Origin: Longimicrobiales bacterium
GTDB taxonomy: Bacteria; Gemmatimonadota; Gemmatimonadetes; Longimicrobiales; Gaopeijiaceae
NCBI GenBank assembly: GCA_965202805.1
Contig: OZ241869.1
Span: 1,728,001-1,792,000 of the forward strand
DNA: 64,000 bases
Direction of reading: 5' to 3'
Shown here: positions 46,121-55,699 of the stretch, one piece after another
Numbering within the stretch: the stretch's first letter is position 1
How the letters are laid out: each line of letters opens with the position of its first letter
Made by a program: the position numbers and the translations under genes
Notes under the pieces: generated by a model
What the model was told of the DNA's origin: nothing
Databases searched by the model: none
The model's input: the letters and a program-made list of their open reading frames with translations, nothing else

Positions 46121-47599
46121 CTAGAAGTTCACGGGCCGGGTGTTCGGATCGCAGAGCGTGCCGCGATCGGCGATGGTCACGTTTTCGTTGAGGTGGAATT
46201 CGTTCTCCGGCATGAGGAAGCGAACCCCGCCCTGCAGCTGATGGCCGCCGCGCAGCGTCGCTCCCACATCCCTCGGGAACCAGAGCAGATCCGGGTTCTG
46301 GAGCTTGGTCATGAAGTAGCGCGCCTCCAGGAAGAGGGCCCGGCGCCGCTCCTCGATGATCATGTAGCGGATCTCCTCGGCGTCCCCGGGATTGGCGTAG
46401 GTCACCAGCGGCAGCCCGTCGGCGGCGCGGAGTTCGTTGACCAGGTCGATCGCCCTCTGGCCGCCCTCGACTTCAGCGCGGATCAGGACCATCTCCTTCC
46501 AGTTGACGAGGGGAATGTCGGCGCCCTCCGCGTCGTACTTCGCGTTGACGAAGGACTCCACCCCGACGCCCTGGATCTCCGCCTCCATGTGCTGCACGCG
46601 CGTGTCGGATACCGCGGCGTCCTCGTCCATCATGCGGTGTTCGCCCGCGGTGCGGATCGGAATGCCGTCGTCCCGGATCGCCCGCCCGTCCGGCAGGATC
46701 CCGAGGTTGAGATACCCGGTGAAGGGGATCACATCGGGCCAGGGCTGGCCGGTCACCGGGTTGGCCGGGCCCTCCCACCAGTCGATCACGTCGTAGAGCT
46801 CGCCGTAGTGAATGAAGGTGCCCGCGTAGTAGGGCTTGTTGCGGCGCACCGGGTCTCCTCCGTCCCGGGTGACGTACGCGGCGAATCCCTGCGGCACCTG
46901 CTGCGCGTCGGCCAGCGCGCCCGAGCCGTCCCCGGACATCCAGCGCACCTGCGCCCGCAGCCCGTAGGCCATCGCCTGGGCGCTCGAGGCGATACCGAAG
47001 GGCATCTCGAAGTCGCCCGAGCTGCCGATCTCGCCGAGCGCCCGCGTGAGACGGTCCTCGGCCATGCCCAGCGTTTCCGCGGGCGTCATCAGAGAACCGC
47101 CGTCGACCGCCATCTCGCACATCGTCGAGCCCATCAGGCTGAAGACGGCTCCCTCGTAGACGGAAGCGATCGCCAGATACCGGGCGCGGTTGGAGACCTG
47201 ATCGGCGGTCCACTCGTTCTCGAGCTTGTCGTGCAGCCCGGCGGCGAAGCTGCGCGCGGTCATGAAGTCGAGGAACCGGAACTCGTAGTTGTACTGGAAG
47301 TGTCCGCAGTCGGTCCCGCCGCTGCAGAGGTAGACTTCACCGCCGTCCTCGCGGCCGTGAATCTCCCATACGTAGTCGTTGTAGGTGTTCTGGAAGTGGG
47401 TGATGATGGTGTTGACCTGGGTTTCGGCCCCGGCGGGGTCGATCAGCGCCTCATCCGTAAGCTGGGCGGGCAGATCGACCTCCAGCACATCGCTGCAGGC
47501 GCCGAGAACCGCGAGCCCGAATCCGGCAATGAGAACGGCGAGCGTGCGCCGCATCCAATGCGCGGTGTGCGCGAAATCAAGGAAGTTCTTCATATTCAT
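46121..47599 (-). CDS. RagB/SusD family outer-membrane lipoprotein
   Basis: LGAC lipobox, EMVLIRAE, VNELRAADGLP, EERRRALFLE; follows SusC. Confidence 0.85.
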   Translation of the reverse strand: MNMKNFLDFAHTAHWMRRTLAVLIAGFGLAVLGACSDVLEVDLPAQLTDEALIDPAGAETQVNTIITHFQNTYNDYVWEIHGREDGGEVYLCSGGTDCGHFQYNYEFRFLDFMTARSFAAGLHDKLENEWTADQVSNRARYLAIASVYEGAVFSLMGSTMCEMAVDGGSLMTPAETLGMAEDRLTRALGEIGSSGDFEMPFGIASSAQAMAYGLRAQVRWMSGDGSGALADAQQVPQGFAAYVTRDGGDPVRRNKPYYAGTFIHYGELYDVIDWWEGPANPVTGQPWPDVIPFTGYLNLGILPDGRAIRDDGIPIRTAGEHRMMDEDAAVSDTRVQHMEAEIQGVGVESFVNAKYDAEGADIPLVNWKEMVLIRAEVEGGQRAIDLVNELRAADGLPLVTYANPGDAEEIRYMIIEERRRALFLEARYFMTKLQNPDLLWFPRDVGATLRGGHQLQGGVRFLMPENEFHLNENVTIADRGTLCDPNTRPVNF

Positions 47600-47631
47600 T
47601 CATCCTCCGACAGTATTCGTTCCCGACAAAC

Positions 47632-50600
47632 TCAGAAGGTGACCCGCATTTCGAGGTGCAGGCTGGTGAGCGGCGCCATGAGCCGGTGGTTGGCGCTCCC
47701 GAAGTCGGATGTGCCCATCTCGGGATCCAGTACCGGAAGACCGGGATTCCCGGCCTGCGTGCCCAGGAAGTTCCCGACCTCCTTCTGCCGCTGCCAGATG
47801 GTCAGCAGCTCGCGGCCCGAGAAGGACAGTGAAGCCCTGTCCGCCCCGATGCGGTTGGCCATGCCTTCCGTGAAGTTGTAGCGGACTCCGACCTCGCGCA
47901 GCTTCCAGAAGTCGGCGTCGAAGTACCCCCAGGTGGCCTGGGAACGATACCGGTCGCCCGCGATCCAGACCGGGTCGCACTCGCAGCGGGAGTCGTAGCT
48001 GTTGTTGTAGCGGTGCCCCCACTCCTGGGCGCCGTCCAGCCCGACCTTGCCGTAGCCGCCGTCCGCCAGGATGTGGATGGAAACCGCGTTGTCCAGAAGA
48101 CTGATGCTCGGGTTGACGGAGAACCTGTACGGGAAGAAGGCCGGCCCCGCCATGATGTTGTATCCGGCGTCGCCGCACGGAACCACGGGACCGCCGAGGA
48201 TCACGCCGTACTGGTCGGTGGGCCCGGTGCCGGAGGGAACCGTGGCCGGGGTTCCATCGGGACCCACGATGATGCCCGCGTCACACATGGCGCTGACGTT
48301 CTCGCCGTACGCGTTGCGGACGGGACCGTTGGGGTCGAACTGGGCCGACATCACGTAGTACCGGGGTTCGGAGTAGTTCGGATACGGCAGTCCGATCCGG
48401 ATCTCGCGAGTGCCCGCGAAGCTCCCCAGGTCCTTGATCCGGTTCATGACGTAGGATCCGGTGAGGCCCAGGTTGATGGAGACGCCGGGTCGCTCGTACA
48501 GCCGGGTGTTGACCGAAGCCTCCCACCCCCAGTTGTCGATGCGGCCCAGGTTGCGCTGGGTGAACCCGCCGAAACCGAGGCTGGGCGGGAGCGGCACGGC
48601 CAGCAGCGCGTCCTCGTTCTTCTGGTCGAAGTAGGTGAATTCGGCCGAGACCCGGTCGTCCAGCAGCGCGACGTCGAACCCGACTTCGAGCTCGGTGCTG
48701 CGCTCGGGGCCCACCGCCGGGTTGCCCGGGTTGCTCGGATCGAGGGCCGTGGTCCCGCCGGCCCCGGGGATGACGCTGTACTGGTTGGTGCCGGCGAAGG
48801 CGTCCGGCTGGCGGCCCGCCTGGCCCCACGCGCCCCGCAGGCGGAACGAGTTGACCATGTCGAAGTTCCAGAAGCTCTCCTCGGACATGACCCATGTGGC
48901 CGAGACCTTGGGATAGGTCTCCGGCTCGAGCTCGGCGCCGAAGGCCGAGTTGTCGTCGAAGCGCACGGCGCCGGTCAGGAACAGGCGGTCGTTGTAGCTG
49001 AACTCCTCCTGCACATAGAACCCGATGGACTTGTTTTCGATGTACTCGAAGTTGAGGTCCGCGCTCGCGGGCGGCGTCTGGTTTACGGTGCGCGAGAAGG
49101 GAGAGGCGAATCCGCGTCCGGTCGTGCCCAGCTCCGAGAGACGCTCGAAATAGTACTGCGCACCGACCGAGGTTGCGCTGCCCCAGGAGTCGGTCACCGG
49201 CAATCTGGCGGTCGCGGACCAGTCCGCGGTGAAGTTGGTGGTGACCGGCCTCTCGAGAACGACGAGCCCGGACGCGGTCTCCTCGTACACCGGCGACAGC
49301 TGAACCTCCAGCGGCCAGAGCACGTTGTTCTCGTCCCAGCCCTTGTCGAGCCCGACCACGACCCGCGACGAGAGCCAGTCGCCGGTGGTGAAGTTCAGGG
49401 TCCCGCTTCCGGTGAAGCGGCTGAACTCACGCGTCGCCTCCAGCTTGGCCACGTCGGAGGGGAGATGCTCCTGGAAGCCCATCAGCCTGGCGCAGGCGTT
49501 GCGCCCGTTGATGCGCGGATAGCAGAAGCCGTTGCCCCAGGCCAGGTCCTCCCAGATGCCTCCGTCGCCGTCCGCGGGCGAGAGGAACCTCGTCTTGCCG
49601 TCCACATATCCCGTGGAGACGTCGAGCGAGAAGTTCTCCGAGAAGACGACGCCGATGTTGGCGCGCAGACGCAGCGCCTTGTTCCAGTTGTAGTAGGTGA
49701 TGCCTTCGTCGTTGTCGTAGTTGCCGGAGAGGAAGTAGCGGTAGTTCTGGGTTCCCCCGCGAACGCCCAGGTTGTAGCTCTGGCTGAGCCCGCTCTGGAA
49801 CAGCTCGTCCTGCGGCCACGGGAAGGCCCCCTGGTCGATCAGGACGTTGGACTCCTCGTAGGCGTTGTAGGGCACCAGCCCCTCGCCCTCGCGGCAAGGC
49901 GGATCGAAGCTCCCCTGGCAGGTCCACTTGGTCCCGATTCTCGATGCCGGATCGCGCAGGTAGTTGGTCCCCATGCGTATCGAGGCGTCGAACTGTGCCT
50001 CGCCCTCGGCGCCCCGCTTGGTGATGATCTGGATCACGCCGGCGGATGCCTCGGTTCCGTACAGCGTCGCCGCCGCCGGTCCCTTGATGATCTCGATGCT
50101 CTCGATGTCCTGGGGATTGAAGTCGTTGAGGACGTTGACCTCACGCTCATTCCCCAGATCGGGCCCGGCCTGGGAGTTGTTGTTCACCCGCACGCCGTCG
50201 ACGTAGATGAGCGGGTTGGAGCCGAGATTGAAGCTCCCGGTGCCCCGCACCTCGATAGCCGAGCCTGTGCCGACGTTGCCGCCCGCCCGGGCGAACTGGA
50301 CTCCGGGAGTCCGCGCGGTCAGCAGGTCCTGCATGTTGAGGACGGCGACCTCCTGGGTGACCTGCGCCGCCTCGAGGGTGGCGACCGCGTTTCCGATCGC
50401 GCGCCGCTGGGTGCCTCCGGGCGTCCCGGTCACGATGATCTCGTCGAGCCCGAGAGCTTCCTCGGTGAGCTGAAAGTCCAGCAGGGTGGTCTCGTCCGCG
50501 GTCACCGTCACTTCCAGGGTGACGGACGTGTAGCCGATCCGCTGGGCCGCGACCGAGTGCGTTCCGGCAGGCACGCCCGCCAACAGATAGCGTCCGTTCT

Positions 50601-50778
50601 GCTGGGTCAGGGCGCCGATGCCGGGTTCGGCGATGAAGACCTGCACTGCGGCGAGCGGCTCGCCGGTCTGCCGGTCGGTTACCGTTCCCGTCAGGGTCGC
50701 CTGCTGTGCATGCGCGTCCGACACAAGCAGCAGGCAGGCCACCGCGGACAGGGGAATAAGACAAAGTCGTCGAAGCAT
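47632..50778 (-). CDS. SusC/RagA family TonB-dependent receptor
   Basis: Signal peptide MLRRLCL..., PLIYVDGV, DIESIEIIKGPAAATLYGTEASAGVIQIITKRG, C-terminal F; SD ggagg before ATG 50778. Confidence 0.92.
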   Translation of the reverse strand: MLRRLCLIPLSAVACLLLVSDAHAQQATLTGTVTDRQTGEPLAAVQVFIAEPGIGALTQQNGRYLLAGVPAGTHSVAAQRIGYTSVTLEVTVTADETTLLDFQLTEEALGLDEIIVTGTPGGTQRRAIGNAVATLEAAQVTQEVAVLNMQDLLTARTPGVQFARAGGNVGTGSAIEVRGTGSFNLGSNPLIYVDGVRVNNNSQAGPDLGNEREVNVLNDFNPQDIESIEIIKGPAAATLYGTEASAGVIQIITKRGAEGEAQFDASIRMGTNYLRDPASRIGTKWTCQGSFDPPCREGEGLVPYNAYEESNVLIDQGAFPWPQDELFQSGLSQSYNLGVRGGTQNYRYFLSGNYDNDEGITYYNWNKALRLRANIGVVFSENFSLDVSTGYVDGKTRFLSPADGDGGIWEDLAWGNGFCYPRINGRNACARLMGFQEHLPSDVAKLEATREFSRFTGSGTLNFTTGDWLSSRVVVGLDKGWDENNVLWPLEVQLSPVYEETASGLVVLERPVTTNFTADWSATARLPVTDSWGSATSVGAQYYFERLSELGTTGRGFASPFSRTVNQTPPASADLNFEYIENKSIGFYVQEEFSYNDRLFLTGAVRFDDNSAFGAELEPETYPKVSATWVMSEESFWNFDMVNSFRLRGAWGQAGRQPDAFAGTNQYSVIPGAGGTTALDPSNPGNPAVGPERSTELEVGFDVALLDDRVSAEFTYFDQKNEDALLAVPLPPSLGFGGFTQRNLGRIDNWGWEASVNTRLYERPGVSINLGLTGSYVMNRIKDLGSFAGTREIRIGLPYPNYSEPRYYVMSAQFDPNGPVRNAYGENVSAMCDAGIIVGPDGTPATVPSGTGPTDQYGVILGGPVVPCGDAGYNIMAGPAFFPYRFSVNPSISLLDNAVSIHILADGGYGKVGLDGAQEWGHRYNNSYDSRCECDPVWIAGDRYRSQATWGYFDADFWKLREVGVRYNFTEGMANRIGADRASLSFSGRELLTIWQRQKEVGNFLGTQAGNPGLPVLDPEMGTSDFGSANHRLMAPLTSLHLEMRVTF

Positions 50779-51004
50779 GGCTCCTCCAGGGTGGAAGATG
50801 GCTGGGGACGCGCCACGGCGAGACTGGATCCGAGGCGGCGCCAGGCGGGAAGAAGGCACGAGAAAAAGCGCTCCGCAAGGTGGGTCACACGAGACACGCC
50901 GCAGGCGAGGGAAACAGGCAGCGCTACCGGTCCCGGCGACTCCGGCAGCGGATTTCCTCCGGCAGTCCGCGAGTCGCGATCGTTGATGCGGATCGCCCTT
51001 CTGA

Positions 51005-51033
51005 CTGATACGGAGCGGGGTTCCGCGTGTCAA
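51005..51033 (-). promoter_or_regulatory. Putative sigma70 promoter of susC
   Basis: Minus strand TTGACA-N17-TATCAG. Confidence 0.55.
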
Positions 51034-51082
51034 ACGGCAGGGTTTTCGGGGGTTGCGCGCCCCGTCGGCGGGAGGTGCGAGG

Positions 51083-51793
51083 TCAGCCCGGACCCGATCG
51101 GGTCTCGATATGGATGGAGCCGTCCGCGGATCCCTGAAGGAAGCCAGAGGCCGGACCGCGCAGCACCCGGATGTTGCGGACATCCCGTGCCGGGATCTGG
51201 CTGAGCACCTCCATCGCCGGACCGAAGGTCCCGATCCGCACGCCGTCCAGAAACACCGCCGGCTCGCCGGCGAGCCCGAAGGTCCCGGTCCCGCGCAGAC
51301 GCACCGGATTCGTGTTCAGGCCCAGGTTCCCGGAGTTCGGGTTCATGTCCAGAACCTTGCGGGCCACCAGTTCGGCGGCGGTTCTGGCGTCGCTCACGGC
51401 GCCGGGCGGGGTCACGAGCTCACCCAGGATGACGTCGGCCCTGGGCATCATGACCTGCATGTAGAGGATGACGTCCCGCACCACCTCCACCTGCTCCACC
51501 ACCACCGGATATCCCGGCGCCTCGATGCGCACGGCCAGCGAGCCGAGCGGCACGCCCTCGAACGAGAATGTGCCGTCTCCCGCGGTCACCGCCTCGAACT
51601 CCGTGCCCACCACCGTGACTCTGGCCGAGTCGATGAGCGACATGGTGGCCTGGTCGGCGACCACCCCGTGGAGCGGCCTCTGGGCCACGACCACAGCTGG
51701 CGTGAGCCCCACTCCCTGCAATGCGGCCAGGACGACGAATGCCGCCCGCGATCGGGAAACGAATGCACCTGGTGGGCAGGAAAACGGATTCAA
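51083..51793 (-). CDS. Carboxypeptidase-regulatory-like + TonB plug domain protein lacking a barrel
   Basis: VRLRGTG, PAVFLDGV, IRVLRGPA..GSIHIETR, then stop. Confidence 0.75.
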   Translation of the reverse strand: MNPFSCPPGAFVSRSRAAFVVLAALQGVGLTPAVVVAQRPLHGVVADQATMSLIDSARVTVVGTEFEAVTAGDGTFSFEGVPLGSLAVRIEAPGYPVVVEQVEVVRDVILYMQVMMPRADVILGELVTPPGAVSDARTAAELVARKVLDMNPNSGNLGLNTNPVRLRGTGTFGLAGEPAVFLDGVRIGTFGPAMEVLSQIPARDVRNIRVLRGPASGFLQGSADGSIHIETRSGPG

Positions 51794-51998
51794 TGAAGCC
51801 CCCCGCGGACCGTTTTGCCTGTTGCTGGATTAAGAACATATGCGTCTCGGCGCGGTTGCGCCTTACTCGAGCCCGCGGAAGCGTTCCCGGGCCGACGCAC
51901 AGCCACCCGCTGGAAGCGATGTCCGTCCCATGCGATCCACAGACAGGCCTGGAACGATGCCGGAGGCCGGCGGGCATCAGCCCCCCGGCAGCCCGCGC

Positions 51999-52424
51999 AT
52001 GAATCCGTCCGCGCACCGGGGGCGGCGAGGCGCCGGGCTGGCGAGGCGCTTCGGAGGCCTGTGTGCCGTCGCGCTGGCGCTCGCCGCCCTTTCCGGGTGC
52101 ACCTCGGCGCGGGGTGAGCCCCGGCCGCCCGGCCGAGTGGAGGGCATATCCCTGGAGGTCCGCAACCAGAGCCGCAACGCGGTCACCATCTACGTGTGGA
52201 GCGACACCTACCAGAACCGGCTGGGGATGGTCGAGGCGCTCAACCGCGACACCTTCAGCTTCCGGTGGAATCTGGCGGGTCGCGTGTACTTCATGATGGA
52301 CTTTCTCGCCCAGGGATGCGTGCTGTCCGAACCCATCGACGTCATCGACGGCGACGAACTGATCCTCACCGTGCAGCCGATCGACCAACGGCGCGCCTCC
52401 CGCGCCGCCTGCCGCAGGCCTTAG
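51999..52424 (+). CDS. Hypothetical lipoprotein
   Basis: ALSGC lipobox, small beta-rich domain (LEVRNQS...RLGMV). Confidence 0.65.
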   Translation: MNPSAHRGRRGAGLARRFGGLCAVALALAALSGCTSARGEPRPPGRVEGISLEVRNQSRNAVTIYVWSDTYQNRLGMVEALNRDTFSFRWNLAGRVYFMMDFLAQGCVLSEPIDVIDGDELILTVQPIDQRRASRAACRRP

Positions 52425-52488
52425 GCGGTCAGCCCGGACCGGGTGCGCCGCCGAGCGCCGGTGCCGCCGGGAGTTCGTCCACGCGCTG

Positions 52489-53871
52489 CTACGGGGTCCC
52501 GCCCCCATCCAGCTCGTAGCGGTACCCGAGCGCGCGCGCCTCGATGGAAACGCGAAAGTCGGCGCTGGCGCCCGGAGCCGGAGCGCTGGCCTCCAGGACC
52601 CTCTCTCCCAGCGACCCGGCGCTGTCATGGAAGATGAAGCGCACCCGCACCGGTGCGCCCTCCGGCAGCGCGTTCCCGACGATGCGCCCCTGAACCAGGG
52701 TCCCCCCGTCGGTCACGCTCAGCCTCAGTTCCTCGAGGAGGACCGGCAGGCTGTCGGCACGGGCCACCCCGGCGCGCGCCCCGGCTTCATCTCCCGACTC
52801 CAGCCGGGCCCGCGCCGTGATGAGATGCGCGGATTCACCCAGCGGGTCGACCGCCAGCAGCCGATCGCCGGCTTCCGCGAGCACCGGCCATGCCTCGGCA
52901 GCGAACAGCGCGTTCGCGTAGTTGAACCACGCGTCCCGTGAGTCGGGCTGCCTTTCCGTGAGCAGTTCGAACGCCCGCCCGGCCTGCTCGTAGCGCGACG
53001 AGCGGAAGAGCGCGATCCCCAGGTTGAACAGGTCGGCGGCGGCCAGCGACTCGTCGGTCAGGAGCGACGCGTAGAGTTCAGCGGCCTCGTCCGCGCGCCC
53101 CAGTTCCACGAGGGTCCTCGCGAGGTTGCTGCGCACCCGGATGCTCCCGGGATCCCGCGCCAGCTGCCGGCGCAGCAGCGGTTCCGCGTCGGCGAAGCGA
53201 CCGGCGGCGAGAAGGAGCTGGACGAGCCGATTCTCCGTGTCGCCACGCAGTTCGGCGCGTTCGTGGACCTCGTCCTCCTCCAGCACCCGCGTCGCCGGGC
53301 GCCGGTCCAGACCGTGCAGGGCGTCCCGATACACGCCGATCGCCTCGTCCCGGCGTCCCAACTCCACCAGCAGGCTGGCGACGTTGCGGTGGGCCGCGGG
53401 CCGCAGGTCGTAGATGGCCGTGGCCCCGAGCCAGTGCTCGGCAGCCGCGTCCCGCTCTCCCCGCGCGTAGGCCTCCAGGCCCGCGTTGAACGCCCTGGCC
53501 CAGGCGGCCTCGCGTTCCGGCTCGATGTCCAGTTCGTAGGCCGGATAGATGCGTTCGGCCTCCGCAAACCAGCGGTGGGCCTCGCGGTACTCCCCGAGCC
53601 GGGCTCCGGCTACCCCGGCCAGGAAGTAGTGGATGGAGTTCTCCGGGTCGGCTTCGATCCCCTCCAGAGCCTGCGCGAGCGCGGCCGCCTCCTCACCGTC
53701 GATGTTCAGGTACAGGGTGGCCGTCTGCGAAAACCGGGTCTCGGCGGGCGGCACTCCCGGAGGGTAGACGATCCCGGTGGGGGATCGCACCGGCCCCGAG
53801 GGTCCCCGGCCGACCGCGCAACCCAGGACGAGCGTCATCGCCAGCGCGGCCCGGCCCGCGGGACGCGGCAT
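52489..53871 (-). CDS. Tetratricopeptide-repeat lipoprotein
   Basis: LVLGC lipobox, repeated TPR-like helices (AFNAG, LFNLG, AWFNYANALF); TGATG overlap with tonB. Confidence 0.8.
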   Translation of the reverse strand: MPRPAGRAALAMTLVLGCAVGRGPSGPVRSPTGIVYPPGVPPAETRFSQTATLYLNIDGEEAAALAQALEGIEADPENSIHYFLAGVAGARLGEYREAHRWFAEAERIYPAYELDIEPEREAAWARAFNAGLEAYARGERDAAAEHWLGATAIYDLRPAAHRNVASLLVELGRRDEAIGVYRDALHGLDRRPATRVLEEDEVHERAELRGDTENRLVQLLLAAGRFADAEPLLRRQLARDPGSIRVRSNLARTLVELGRADEAAELYASLLTDESLAAADLFNLGIALFRSSRYEQAGRAFELLTERQPDSRDAWFNYANALFAAEAWPVLAEAGDRLLAVDPLGESAHLITARARLESGDEAGARAGVARADSLPVLLEELRLSVTDGGTLVQGRIVGNALPEGAPVRVRFIFHDSAGSLGERVLEASAPAPGASADFRVSIEARALGYRYELDGGGTP

Positions 53872-54743
53872 CAGGTCCACGGGAACGGGATGCTGAAGAC
53901 CGCGGATCGCGCCACCGCGACACCCTGCTCCCGGGCCGGCCGGAACGAGATCACTTCGTTGACGAGTTCAAGCGCGATCTCGTCGACGCGCCGATCGCCG
54001 CTGGACTCCATGATCTCGGACCACTCCACCGACCCGGTGCGGTCGATCCAGAGGGTGACGCGCACGGTGCGGAAATCGACCTCGGCGAGACCCGCGCTCG
54101 CTGCGGACCGACGCATGAACTCCATGACCTCGTCGGGATTCCGCACCAGCACCCAGGCGGAAAGCGCGGTCAGGGAGAGTTCGGGTTCGAGCACGGACAG
54201 CCGGTCGAGGTCCAGTTCGTCGGGGTCGGGAAGCGATTCCAGCGATGCCGTCGAGGCACTGCCCCCGATGGAGAGCGCGTCGTCGGCATGGGCCTCCTCG
54301 CTACCGGAATCGACGGGGGACTCCGGCTCGGCCGGCTCCAGCTCCGGTTCGGCGAGAATCGGCCGGGGAGCGGCGCGCCCGCGCAACCGCTCCAGGAAGC
54401 CGCGCGCGCGACCATCCCGGCCGGCATCCGCAAACCCGGCGGCATCGGCATCCCCTTCCTCTTCCCCCGCTTCGATTTCCGCGGCGGAGGCCGAGTCTTC
54501 ACCCGCACCCGACACCGCCGCGAACGCGATGGCCTCCACCCCCGGAACCCGGCCGGGAGGCTGGAGAAGGATCCATTCGGTACCCCGGGCCCCGAAAACG
54601 GGCTCGGGCGAGAGGTCCCGCAGCCGCCATCCCGGGAAGAAGGCGAACCCCGCCATGTGGACGAACACGGCAACCACGATCGACCAGGCCAGCCGGTTGT
54701 CCCACTGTGCCTTGAAGCGATCGTTGGCGGTGGGAGCGAACAT
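53871..54743 (-). CDS. Energy transducer TonB family protein
   Basis: N-terminal TM with SxxxxxxxH, linker, TonB_C (IDRTGSV..SSGDRRVDEIAL..FRPA). Confidence 0.8.
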   Translation of the reverse strand: MFAPTANDRFKAQWDNRLAWSIVVAVFVHMAGFAFFPGWRLRDLSPEPVFGARGTEWILLQPPGRVPGVEAIAFAAVSGAGEDSASAAEIEAGEEEGDADAAGFADAGRDGRARGFLERLRGRAAPRPILAEPELEPAEPESPVDSGSEEAHADDALSIGGSASTASLESLPDPDELDLDRLSVLEPELSLTALSAWVLVRNPDEVMEFMRRSAASAGLAEVDFRTVRVTLWIDRTGSVEWSEIMESSGDRRVDEIALELVNEVISFRPAREQGVAVARSAVFSIPFPWT

Positions 54744-54821
54744 GGGTCACACTAGGGAGGGGCGTGCGGAAAGGACAAGCCCGATCCGCGTCATCGGGAG
54801 ACCGCACCGGAACGGAGTTCC

Positions 54822-55613
54822 ATGAAGATATCCCTCCCCTGGCTGGCGGCGATCCTGACCGTGTGCGGGTTCATGGTCTGGTTGTCGTCGGCCCGACCGG
54901 AGCCTGCCGGGGACCCCGCGCTTCCAGGGCCTGCCGCAGTACCCCCGCTCCCGGCTCCCGCCCGGGCCGGGCCGGACCGCGTCGACCTCCCGGCCGAGGG
55001 TTCGGCGATGCCCTGCCAGGTCCCCCTGCCGTGGCGGCTTGCGCGACTGGACGAGGAATTCGGGCTGGACTCCACGACCGCGGAAACGGTGCTCGGGGAG
55101 GCCGCCGGACTCTGGGAAGCGGCGGTCGGACGGCCGCTCTTCCCGCACGATCCGGACGCGGGCATGCCGGTCCGTTTCATCTACGACGAGCGGCAGGCGC
55201 GCACCGACGAGCGCAGGCGCCTGGAAGCCGACCTCGAACGGCTGCGCGCGACTCTGGATTCCGCCGGGTTCGAGGCTCGCGCCCGCGCGCTGTCCGAGCT
55301 CCTTCCCCCCGATACCGCCGAGGCGGGCGTCTACCGCGAAGCGGTGGTCCGCGACGCCGCGGGCGGGGTCGCCGTCAGCCGTGAAATCCGCATCCATCGC
55401 TTCGCCGATCCCGACGACCTCCGGCGGGTCATCGCGCACGAGCTGGGCCATGCCCTGGGACTCGGCCACGGGTCGGACCCGGGGTCGCTGATGCGGGGTG
55501 GACCGGGATTCGGGGACCACGTTCGCGCAGGCCCCTTCGTCGGCCCCGAGGACCTCGACCGGCTGCGCGTGCTGTGCCCCGGATTGTGGGGCGAAGGCGG
55601 GGGCGCAAACTGA
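54822..55613 (+). CDS. Matrixin-family zinc metalloprotease
   Basis: HELGHALGLGH, Met-turn SLM, signal peptide. Confidence 0.85.
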   Translation: MKISLPWLAAILTVCGFMVWLSSARPEPAGDPALPGPAAVPPLPAPARAGPDRVDLPAEGSAMPCQVPLPWRLARLDEEFGLDSTTAETVLGEAAGLWEAAVGRPLFPHDPDAGMPVRFIYDERQARTDERRRLEADLERLRATLDSAGFEARARALSELLPPDTAEAGVYREAVVRDAAGGVAVSREIRIHRFADPDDLRRVIAHELGHALGLGHGSDPGSLMRGGPGFGDHVRAGPFVGPEDLDRLRVLCPGLWGEGGGAN

Positions 55614-55624
55614 CCCCCTACGCT

Positions 55625-55653
55625 TTGCGGCTGCCGTCTGCCTGCCCTATACT
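55625..55653 (+). promoter_or_regulatory. Putative sigma70 promoter of the DUF1592 operon
   Basis: TTGCGG-N17-TATACT. Confidence 0.55.
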
Positions 55654-55699
55654 GAAGGCTGGTGTGGAGTGTCTCGTCGAGACGAGGCGGATCCCCTAA

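Noticed and set aside
48013..51204. 1063-aa plus-strand ORF
   Set aside because: Antisense shadow of susC
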